Source of the DNA: Catajapyx aquilonaris | Taxonomy: Eukaryota | Direction of reading: 5' to 3' | DNA: 64,000 bases | Assembly (NCBI GenBank): GCA_000934665.2 | Contig: KZ537986.1 | Location: 62,001-126,000, forward strand | Shown: positions 42,494 through 52,786 of the stretch, piece by piece | Layout of the letters: the number at the start of each line of letters is the position of its first letter | Position numbering within the stretch: the first letter of the stretch is position 1 | Program-made: the position numbers and the translations under genes | The notes under the pieces: generated by a model | What the model was told of the DNA's origin: nothing | Database searches by the model: none | Seen by the model: the letters and a program-made list of their open reading frames with translations, nothing else

Positions 42494-42586
42494 TCCGAGG
42501 CAGAGACGCTTATTCATGGCCGCCAGCGCCGCCGACGCCGCCTGATGCTCCGTGAACTCCACGAAGGCGTAGGGATCATTTCCAGC
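42491..42586 (-). CDS. TIA1/TIAL1: Internal coding exon (96 nt, phase 0/0) of a TIA-1/TIAR (Rox8-like) RRM RNA-binding protein, covering the C-terminal half of RRM1
   Basis: Minus strand reads ttgttgcag|GCT GGA AAT GAT CCC TAC GCC TTC GTG GAG TTC ... ATG AAT AAG CGT CTC TGC CTC GGA AAG|gtaagg, giving [32 protein letters not shown]. From memory this matches the family signature (human TIA1 AGNDPYCFVEF...AAAALAAMNGRKIMGK; Drosophila Rox8 GNDPYAFIEY...ALTAMNKRLFLEK). Canonical AG and GT boundaries fall where the similarity starts and ends. The MNKRL motif suggests an arthropod. The paralog cannot be assigned from 32 aa. Confidence 0.95.
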
Positions 42587-42626
42587 CTGCAACAAAGAGA
42601 GAAGAAAAAATAGGACAGGTGAGAAA
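42587..42626 (-). promoter_or_regulatory. 3' splice site of the TIA1/TIAR exon: branchpoint, polypyrimidine tract and CAG
   Basis: Minus strand TTTCTCACCTGTCCTATTTTTTCTTCTCTCTTTGTTGCAG. It has a CTCAC branchpoint-like motif (branch A at about 42620), a long U/C tract, and no other AG for about 47 nt upstream of the acceptor. Confidence 0.9.
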
Positions 42627-42711
42627 CACGCCAATCTCTCTAACCATGGAATATATACTACAGCACATAGCCCGGTTTCAGACTGCACGTTATATACCCT
42701 GGGTAGCCCGA

Positions 42712-42757
42712 CTGAAACAGCATCAGAAGAGAGAGAGAGAAAAAAACAGGTGAGAAA
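42712..42757 (-). promoter_or_regulatory. Candidate alternative upstream 3' splice site, 125 nt upstream of the canonical acceptor
   Basis: Minus strand TTTCTCACCTGTTTTTTTCTCTCTCTCTCTCTTCTGATGCTGTTTCAG|TCG. It carries the same 12-mer TTTCTCACCTGT as the canonical site, an AG-free pyrimidine tract and a TTTCAG acceptor. Use is inferred, not shown. Confidence 0.5.
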
Positions 42758-43570
42758 ACTGGCCGCGCCAGCAATCTTATACACATCTCGGTTTCGATTC
42801 AAGGAGGGTTCCTGCTGCTGCTGGGCAAGATAGCAGCCGAGAGCCACTTCTGGCAGCTAACGCAATTTCCTTCGTAGCCCTTCCCTAAGTTCGCCCTCTT
42901 AGCTCTCTCATTTGTAATGTAACTGGCTCTTTGGCCGCGGTGTTGGGAGAATGGAGTGACGGAATCGAGAGGAAAATGGAAGGAAGGAAGGCTACTATAA
43001 CCGGGAGGCTTCCATCGATCCCAAGCTTAGTATCAATCTGACCGGCACTAATCATATGACAAGGGGGCGGGCAGCTCCTCTCGCCCACTCGTGCAGGAAA
43101 GCCACTGCTGCTGCTGGCCGCTTACACAGCTCCAGAGACGGTGCGGAAAATGGCTCCTGGCAGTCCCACTTCAGCGCCGGATTAAATTATTTTTGTTTTG
43201 TCATATGGAATGGCCTCCCCACCACACCTGCAGCCACGCAGCCCCCGATTTACAACTACAAGCGTCCCCAGCCAGGCAGGCAGGGACGGCGGGCGTCCCA
43301 TTACGCAAACTTTATGGTTTCAAGTGAATGACGACTGGATGCGTGAAGCCCCGCCAAGCACAAAAACCCGCTTTAGTGGAAATTACTAGGGCATCTGGTT
43401 TAACAAGTGACAACCATCCAGTAAATCAATTGGATTAACCCCTCGGCCGTCCATCAAGTCCCCCTGCCTGTATCGGGAGCGTCTGTATCATTTTGGACCG
43501 CCCACAACCCTGTTTAAAATCACCGGGACCGATAAAGTCTTTGGTCATTCATCAACATGGCCTCTATCTG

Positions 43571-43755
43571 AATTGATCCTGCGGTCGCGGTTTGCGACCC
43601 GACCAGATTCTCCCGGCCAAGGTAGACATCACGGTGTACAAGTCCATCGGTGCGGCATCCCAGCAGCAGCGAGGGACTCGAGAGTTATCACGACTGTTGC
43701 GATGCCGTCCATACAAATGGCCGGAACCGTCACAAACCGCGACCAAAAGTCAATT
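43571..43755. repeat. Inverted repeat pair (16-bp core plus outer AATTGA/TCAATT) enclosing about 130 bp; MITE remnant or RNA stem
   Basis: GGTCGCGGTTTGCGAC (43583-43598) and GTCACAAACCGCGACC (43729-43744) are complementary at 15/16. The outer AATTGA (43571) and TCAATT (43750) also pair. Confidence 0.7.
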
Positions 43756-44722
43756 AGTTCTCCCCTCAACCTGGCCTAAATGGCTCATAACGCACCCTTT
43801 TGCACGTACACATTGCATTGCCTGGCGTTCTTCGGAATATAAAACTAGCCCTTTCAGCAACAGCCCGACCTGCTAACTCTTGACTACTTAATTGCGTAAA
43901 CAACTATATTTTTAAAATTCGGAAAGACATAAGTTCGGGTTTACAGACAAGTACAAAACAAATGAATTAAATACAAGATTACAGATGTAACCAATGATGC
44001 TGAATCCAGCTACCTGTCAACAACAACAAAAAATCGGATATTGCAAAAGCATTGAAATTTTTTGCAGGGTAGGATTCATTTGGTTAATCCTTTATAACCC
44101 CTGTTTATATTTTTAAAAAAAAGTTTTGGCCAAATGTGCCTCCATAGATCAATGAAGAAACTACTGTAGGCCTATTGAGATTTTTTTGTTAAAATGAAAC
44201 ACTGAAGTGCTGGTGGTTGTACAGGCCCAGGATACGGAAAAAGAACCTTTTTTTTCGACAAACAGTTCATTACAAGAGCTCAACAGGATGAAACCTGAGG
44301 CCCTGCTTAAATTTTCAATGCTTGTGCAATTTCCAAACTGGCCCTTTACGTGCCAAAAGGTTTCGTGTCAAGTTACAACTGCTGACTTTGATAGCTGTTA
44401 CACGATACACAATGTCTAAATACCGCGCAGCTGCAGCAACACCTTCGTCAAAAGCTCTCAAGGCAACATCCTTGGATATTTGGAAACGACGTGGTTAAAA
44501 TTACCCCAGCAGCCGGCGTGGCTGCCTCCCCGCTTCAAACTTTCAGCATGTTATGGCACATTCTGGCAGGCGAAAAGTGCTGCCGATCATGCAACAATAC
44601 CGCCGGGACTCATAAATACTGCCGGTGTGTAAAAATATCACTGGAAATGCAGAGGCGCTTCCTGAAATTTAGCTCAATATCTCGGCGTTCCCGAGTAATT
44701 AAAGCTCATCAATGCTGATTAT

Positions 44723-44832
44723 TAGAGCCCGGATAGTTATACACGAAAAACACGTCAATATATGCATCCAAATATGCTGCCAAAATATCCTAAATATGCA
44801 CGATCAGGCTGATCGCACACAAAAACATGCAT
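44723..44832 (+). mobile_element. Possible degenerate DNA-transposon end with repeated AAATATGCA-like subterminal motifs
   Basis: TAGAGCCCGGAT is followed by five AAATATGC(A)-like units within about 100 bp. I found no convincing partner TIR or TSD. Confidence 0.3.
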
Positions 44833-45841
44833 CCCTTTCCAGTGGTGCTCCATTACTACCGCAAACTAAACACTGAAACACTGGACTGGAGAATGTACAT
44901 TTTTTTTTTAAATCATCAAAACAAGTGTTAATCGTGACAAGAGGACATCAACACACCCCCTCATTAATTAGCCTTACAGGAACTGAAGTGTAATCATAGC
45001 TATCATTGGTCTTAGTGGATTTGTAATGCAGTGAAGTGGTGCCACAACAACAAGATAACTTAAACTGAAGTCAGTTCTTAAAGAACAATTAAAATGTTGA
45101 AAAAACCAGAGTGTTTTAGTCATCGATACTGTATCAGTAAAAGAGAGGGTGGAGTTGTTCACAAGTAACCGAGGGATAACTGGCATCAACTGCAAAAATA
45201 GTGACTATTTTTGTTTCCATTTAACAGTATGACTGCTTAATCCGGAGTAATGACAGCGCTCAATATCAAATTCAAATAATAGCAAAACATGTAAGCAAGC
45301 CTTTTAAAATATACCCAATACTCGCGTGGGTTCCTGACATGCAGCTGGAAAAGTGAATTTACGGCTCTATGTCCAATGATACTAATATTTCTTTGATCAG
45401 TTAATCATAGATATTGCATAGTAAATATCACACATCTAGGAATAACATGTGCAAGTCGTAACTACCCGAACTCTACTTCTCTATAGAACTGGACTAGCAC
45501 CGCAATCTACAGTGCAGGCACGCTCAGAGAGGAAGAAAAAGAGAAGGCGAAAATAATATTTTCTTATAGGGAGGGTGACGCTGAGACCAACGAGCTTGGT
45601 GACAGTTTCCTAAACATCCCCGCTGCTCCAGGCCCCTCATTAATTTCCCCGAGCGGAAGACTCATCAGTTATATTCAGCGGCTGTGCGATCTTCAGGAAG
45701 ACGTCGCCCCGAGTTGCTCCCAGACTCGATTAAAAAAATTACCCGAAAGAGAAAAATGCGCCCCATCTAAATTTTTCTTCCGGGGGCTGCATACAAAATC
45801 GCACCCTCCGTTGAACTGTGCCTCGCAAGAGAGAAACCAGA

Positions 45842-45886
45842 AAGAAGAAGAAGAAGAAGAAGAAGAAGAAGAAGAAGAAGAAGAAG
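45842..45886. repeat. (AAG)15 microsatellite
   Basis: Read directly from the sequence; it produces the poly-Ser ORF at 45693-46088. Confidence 0.98.
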
Positions 45887-46710
45887 GAGAATGAGAGAGA
45901 GAGAAAAAGTGTCCCCCCAGTTGGATGACGTTAACTGCTAAAACGAAACCACCAGCTCTACTGAAACACTTGAGCGCCACTTTTGCTGTCATTCTGCTGC
46001 ATACGACATCCTGACGTCTGTACGGGCATAACGACAGGCAAACTTGAAAGAAGACTGGCAAAAGAAAATGTTTAAAAAAGAAGGGCAAGAGGTGAATGGT
46101 TTTGAACTGACAGACTTGTCACAAAAGTTGCGAGTTTTTCACAAAACGACAACTAAAAAGCAGTCACCACAGGCAGTCACAACCGGTATTGATTGCGGTT
46201 CTATACATCCCGGGCTGGCTAAATGTCCTAGACGGCTCCGTTTTTCCGCTACTGTTTGGTTCGTTGCTTCCATTATGCAAACCAATCAGTGCAATGACGA
46301 AAAACTGCACTGCTGCTATGTTTTTCCTGTGGCGCCAGAAATGCTCCATCCCACAGTCGGTTTGAAGCTGGTGCAAGTCAAAGCCATCGTGTAATTGGCC
46401 AGAGACTATCCCCTTACGCTATTATTGGCGATTTTGGTCCGAAAGCCACTGATTCGTAATGAACCCTACCTCAACTCCCCAAACAGATTAAAGGGATAGC
46501 TCCAGTAAATAAAGAACCGATTTAAATCAAAATACGCCCAACCACGTTCAAGTCCAAAGCTATCAATGTCTTCCTGGGTGGGATAAAACGTTTCACTAGC
46601 TGGATTGATCCAATCCCCCGCCCATAGATTACGTGGAGCCCAACGTACACAAGCACAAAGGGAAAAGCAAATTGGAGTGTGGCGGGTGGTAGTGGGGGGT
46701 GGGATGGGAT

Positions 46711-46714
46711 NNNN
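46711..46714. other. Undetermined bases (NNNN) next to a poly-G run; assembly uncertainty
   Basis: nnnn in the sequence. Confidence 0.95.
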
Positions 46715-48416
46715 GGGGGGTGATGGGAGGGCGAGCAAGGTTTGTGTTGGGGAGGATGCAGATTCCTGCTTTTTCGGGTAGTGGGGGGTGGGGGGGCTCA
46801 GGTAACGAGAGCCAGGAGAGCCGACCAGGGAAATTACTAAATGATTCCCAGGCGCGCGCACCGGTGCATCCGGGATTCTACTCTGGCCAGGAAATAATTG
46901 AAAGTTTTAATTTTCCTGGCGAAACTCCCACACAACCTGTATAATAAGCTACTCGCCCGAGGGCCGTTACACTATATGCAACATTATGCCAATTTGCTCG
47001 GAATAAAGTCCGCCCCTAACACTGGCCCACATCTTCCCGATTTTGCCTCTCGTGCTCAGCCAACCCTCCCTACTCCACAGTGTATACTGGCTGTATATAC
47101 TCCTCGTATATAACTCTCCCTCCCTCTCCTTGCATTCGAATTGGATTTCGTCTAAACAAGGCAACTGGATTAACCCCCAGCTAATCAGGTGAGTGTAAAC
47201 AGGCTGTCGGCATGCACAGACGGTTGTCGCTTGTTAGCCTATACTATGTGATAAGTGGCTTGGGAGCAGCAAATTCCCTTTCTCTCGCCTGCCAGGGTGT
47301 GATGTCATTTTATCATTATATCCCAGCACCGTCAGGAGTCATGTATTCAAACGCCTTCGTGGCGCCTACATTGCAAATACGACGCAATAACATAACTTCA
47401 TGCATTCACGTCCAGTAGGGCACAAATGCGGATTTTTTAATGCTTACTTGCCACCATCCTCCAAAATTGTTTCACTTGTTATGCAGCAATTCAACGAGAT
47501 GGGTCAGCTACACGCCTGCGGCTGCGAAACTACGCACCCCCAAAAATATGATGTTCCCAGTATTGAGGTTACTCCGACTAATTAATCAAACAGTCCTCAC
47601 TCTGGCAGTCGACATTGGGGGCTGTGTGTGCTTTCAGTACGTGCCCTACGTTATTATTGCATTTGAGATGGTGTTGGAATACACGCCATAGCAAGGTAAT
47701 CAGCTAAGCACAGCCACTAATGTACACTAGTTTGCGCGCTCAAAAAACCATCCGCTAGTAATTTGCAGTCCTGTTGCAGTGGATGCTAATTCCTAGTTTC
47801 TCATTACAGGCAGTGTCCTCTGCAAATTTTTGGGCCGCGAGGGTAGTCCTCTCGTTCGACCTGTTAAATAATCTCCAGTTGCAACCACCTAATTGGTAAC
47901 ACCATCCAAGTCGCATCTCTCAGGCTTCACAAGAGCGAAACTTTACTCACAGAAGGATCCTGAACTGGATCCCCCCCCCCTCCATATCAATTCCGCTGAA
48001 ACGTGGTCTGCTACGGGGGGAGGCGTAAAAATGAGAGGGGGTGAAGAATAAGAAAAAAAACCCATCCCTGTCATGTTAGTCATTCACCGCAGCAAACTTA
48101 CACTCGGTTGGGAAATAAGGCGATCATCCCCTCAGTCCTTATTATCATGGGCACATTATGCACTAATATCTGGCCAGGGGGACCCAGTTCGCCTTACTAA
48201 TCACATCCAAGTGCCTCTCGCTTCCGAAGAGGTAATCTAGAAAAATTACGGGTCTCTCCCCAGAGGAATCCTGGGAGCCGTCGGAAAGTGATTCCACAAT
48301 CACGCTGCTCCACTGATTATGTCGGAGATTAAGCGAACTCTCCAACGGCGCTTTTTTTTCGCCAACGAGGCTATAGAGATTTTCCATCCCCTCCATCCTT
48401 CAAGTCCTCCGCCTTT

Positions 48417-48447
<31 letters not shown>

Positions 48448-49492
48448 TTTCCTTCCCCCTTCCCCCTCTTCCTCCATCTCTCTCTACAAAACTCCCCCGC
48501 ACGCTCAATGCAAATGTCCTCCCGTAATTCGGGAAGTCGGCTCAAAATAGATGGGTCCATTGTAATTTGGCTACAGTTTCCACACAGAAATAATACTGAA
48601 AAGGCTGCCTCTGCGAATTAACAAACTTTATTGTTTTAGAGCGGAATGGTTTATGGGTGTGGAGTGGCAGGGTATCGTTGTGGAGGGGAAATCCTAAGGT
48701 AACGATTGTTGTAATTCAAGAGCATGAAATCTTGGGTTACATTTCGGCAGCTTTTTATACATGCTGCCCAAGATCATGCGGTTATGGCGGCAATAATAGA
48801 AGCAGTCTCCAAAAGAAAATCTCAACTTGAAGCATTTCTTAGGAATGATAACCGTTACATGTCCTTTTCTAAACCACCCCTAACTCTTCAAAGGAAACTA
48901 ATTAAATGCCGCGTGGGATAATTTCGGAATGTATGGGATGACCGAGGAAAAGCAGTGTGACATTCAATGGTCTAAAAAAAAAAAAATCAGGCCACCAGAA
49001 GGATTCACGCTGCCAAGGTCCATTGTTGACAGCGCCGGGGGAACAATGAACTGTTTAGACATGGCCGCGTATTTTATAAACTGCAGCTTTCATGTTTAAT
49101 AACGCATTAAATAATGGCATATCAAATCTTTGGTAGTATTCCTTTGTGCAGAATTTGATCTAAATAACAGTTTAAAAACCACACTGCCACAGAGGGAGAA
49201 TGTGACAATAGGAATAAAGCAGAAAAAACTCTGCATAATTCCCAACTGAGATAATAACACTACTATGCGGTGGTGGGGTGTATAAATCCGTCAACGTTAG
49301 ATACGGGACCCCTTAAAAAAATTACATCGTAGGACAACTCGAAGGGACCATTATTTGAGTTACTTACATATGGTGTACATTAAATGTTAATTCCACAATC
49401 ACTTTTAAACGCCATGTAATAATTCAACTCCAAGATTGCAACAGAAATTTGTCCAGTTACTGTAACTTACATGGTAAATAAAGTGCAGAGTA

Positions 49493-49828
49493 CAGAGGGT
49501 TGCAATAAGTTACCATGGTAATGGCCAAACTACACTGCAATTTTCGAGTAGATCGAAAGCTCATAACAGCAGTATAGAGGACTAATATAAACACTTTGTA
49601 CAATGCAGCGATGCTCATTCAGGTATAATTTGCATAACATGATGGTAAAATCATCCGGTCATATCAAAATGGCAATTCAAATTATTTGGGACAATTGGTG
49701 GTCATAACATTAACACTAGTAAATTACCTCATGGGTGTAACTCTACTGTTACAACATAATCATTAGCGTGAAGGGCACTAACAAAGTCACGTGGTAAATT
49801 GTAATTACAGTAATGAATGCAATTCCTG
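49493..49828. mobile_element. Possible highly degenerate hAT-like MITE
   Basis: Left CAGAGGGTTGCAATAAGTTAC resembles the reverse complement of the right end, CAGGAATTGCATTCATTAC. GGTAA/TTACC motifs repeat internally. No 8-bp TSD is visible. Confidence 0.25.
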
Positions 49829-51456
49829 TGTTACAAAAAGAAATCTTTGCAATTGAAACAGTTTCATAAAAATGTCGCTTTTTATTGCATCTCTCGCAGC
49901 AAAGCAGCAGGTACAATATGCCAGTTTGGAAACGACTTCATCAGGATCATGTGGGGCGCACCTCGGTCCCGCAAGCCCGGTTGAACATATCAAGGCAGCA
50001 ATGCCGTGAGCTCCCTTTCAGTTGGAAGCTTTTACCCCCGTGATCACACGAGCATCTACCTTAATTGGGGTGTCCACATGATGGATGCGCAATTTTCCAG
50101 TAAACACAAACTACCTCTGTAAGCACACCCCCTCCTAGAAGGCTGATTCGACTGACTGCCGGTAATAAAATAGCTGGCTGCCTTTCTGGCAGAGCGTTTT
50201 GGGTATAGCCCGGGTATACCCCCAACGGTACCGGCCAAGTAAAACCGGAGCGCGCTCCCCCCCCCCCCCCGCCTCCCCTTATGCTGATGAAAAGCACCCT
50301 AACCCGACCCCCCTCGCCCCCACCCCGGTGGACGGAAGCCCAATCGTCCAGCGGCCACTCTTTATCCTTCGCAAATTGCCCTTCTTGTGTAGGAGCCAAC
50401 GAGTTACGGGCGAGTTTCATAAAAACGACTAATGAACCTCCACTTCTATCCTTCATGCCAGTTGCCACCATCAGGTGCGACCCCCATGGCCAAAGGCATA
50501 TGTGAGAGAGCAATTTACCCCCAACGGGCACCCATATTTCTCAATAAGCCAGCCCTCCGGGCCTGGAACGGACAGCACCCCCCTACTTGTGCGGCCCCTT
50601 CCAAGGAAATTATGCATTCCCGCCGACCATCCCAACTCGTCAGGCTTGCGCACAGCCGGACATGTCTCTCCCTCTCCCTCCCTCTCCCCCTCACTCGCCC
50701 CTAGCCGACGCCGCCGACGCCCGCAACAATCTTTGCTTGCCAAATCTACCAAAGACAGGCAATTAAGCAGGGACCAGAGCGCGAAATACACGCCGAGGAA
50801 AACAATTTTCCTTTCCCCCCCGCAGCCTGCAGACGTATTGTCCTTAATGGCACGGAATACCTTTGCAGATGGCTTCCGAGCATTTAGGGAACAAAAAGCA
50901 GCCATAGGAGGTCATTACTTTATGCAGCAAGCTGCTCAGAATGCATTAAGCGACTGTGAACAAGGAGAGAGGCTGCGTGTCAGTGATAATCGTCACGGCG
51001 TACCACTTTTCTCCGACCGTAAAATGACACCCGGACCCGTTTTTAATGTCGCTAATGCCTCCAGCCGATGCGATGCCTCGGATAATAGTCCCCGGTGCTA
51101 TATTTCCGACTATTTCGGTGGCCCTTCTCCAGCACTACCTTGTATTAGCAGAATGTCGAATTGTACTGGAGTTGTGTTAGGTTAGGTTCAGCCCAGTTAT
51201 TGGCACTAATCGTACTGAAATTCATTCATTCATTAAAATTAGTTCAACACTCAATCCCACTCAATTTCCAATAACTTCAACTCCATTCACGTCCATTCGT
51301 GCAATAAATTTTTAGGGGCTACCCATTCCATTCGCTTCAATTGACCAGTGTATTTATTCACAAATTCAATTCCGAATCGAATTGCCCAAGACTGATTGAT
51401 GTACCTGCAGAGCTCATATCATCCGAAACAGTGAGTTGATGAAACCCCCCAACTGA

Positions 51457-51669
51457 AGGCCGGTATCCACGTACGAGATTCTCGCATACGAGGAGCCAAC
51501 TGCGCATGCCCAGATACGAGGAAAGAGGAAAAGCTGAAAATTTTCAACTTTAATCCCCTTTTCGAGGGACAAGAGGGGGCCCTGAGGTGACAAAGAGTCC
51601 GTCTCGACGTACAAGTTTTCTCGCATAAGAGGACTAGCATACGAGGAACTCGCACGTCGATACCGGCTT
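51457..51669. mobile_element. Non-autonomous PIF/Harbinger-type MITE (213 bp)
   Basis: Left TIR AGGCCGGTATCCACGTACGAG matches the reverse complement of the right end, AAGCCGGTATCGACGTGCGAG, at 18/21. A 3-bp TGA duplication flanks both sides (51454-51456 and 51670-51672). A subterminal CTCGCATACGAGGA-like motif is repeated at about 51481, 51620 and 51634. A 3-bp TNA TSD with AGGCC-like ends fits Harbinger elements. Confidence 0.75.
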
Positions 51670-52785
51670 TGAGGAGGCAGTGGTGTCATTCTTGGGGGCC
51701 TAAGCTGAAGTTGTGATAACTTTCAACTCCAAGTTAGACATTGCAGGAAAATCAAAGTGGCCCAAACCTGTGTACACATCTGGACACTGTTGCAGCATTA
51801 TTGTTCTCGAAATAATCCAAACTGGTCAGTAGTATAGGAGTGAAATCCATGCTGCAGCCTAACATACTGCTCGAGTTCAATCACATTGCAAGCAGGATTA
51901 GCACAGAGAGACCGTCCATGTACAAGGATTGGACAGTGATTATGCTTTAAAATAAATAGACCATAAACTTCAGTTGACACCCCACGTGGACGGCACAAAT
52001 TCAAAATTTTCACTCCATTCCATTCGTTCCTCAACTTATCTTAAAACATACAGTATAGCCTATAGTCTATAGTTCGTTGCTCAATGCTGAACTGGGCTTC
52101 ATAAAATCGGTTAGTTCATTGCAGTCCTTGGCAGTATTTCTGTCCCATCCTTGACTGAGTAGCTAGGACAACACTGTCCTGGTGCTCCTCCTCCCTACTT
52201 GGCAACGCGGATCCCGTGATTCTCCCCAAACGGCCCCAACGCACATTACTGCGGACCATGACTGATGATGGGGGAAGGTCCAGGGAGTGCTGACAGATCA
52301 TTCCAGGATCCGCCAGCACCAGCTTATAATCCGAAATCTGGCCTGGCCAGGGGGACAAATTGCCTACAATAAAAGTTCCCGAACAGACATTTCGCATCTC
52401 AATTTCGATGCCCGGCTTTGGCTCCTCGTTTACGCTGGTCTCTCTCCCTCTCTCCCTCTTCCCCCCCCCCCCCCCCTCTCTCTGTAGACCCTGGGGGTTT
52501 CCAGCAGCAGCACCACCAGCACACACAGGAAAAGGATGTGTTGGTCAGAATGGAACATTTTCCCTGCCGCTCCCTGGGGCCCAAACGTGTTATTTCGCAG
52601 AGGCACACGGGACGGCCGGGGGAAAAGTGTCGGGGATCACCATGACACTATCTCTGCACTACCTGCCGGTTGCCAGTTGCACTACACAACGTGGAAAGAA
52701 GCGCCTAATTGTGAAATCCCTTTGTGCATGCATTTCAGTCGACCCACTCGAGGGGAGGGAGGTGGGTGGCGGGGGGGGGGGGGGG

Positions 52786-52786
52786 N
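52786..52786. other. Undetermined base (N) at the end of a G15 run; assembly uncertainty
   Basis: n in the sequence. Confidence 0.95.

Noticed and set aside
42404..42847. The whole 147-aa ORF as a single-exon protein
   Set aside because: Only the 32 aa between the AG and GT boundaries resemble TIA1/TIAR. The flanks are translated intron, including the pyrimidine tracts.
52340..52390. TFIVGNLSP on the minus strand as the upstream RRM1 RNP2 exon (LYVGNL)
   Set aside because: It lacks the Tyr, the following residues (WPGQISDYKL) do not match the family (VTE..L..LF..IG), and I see no suitable splice sites.
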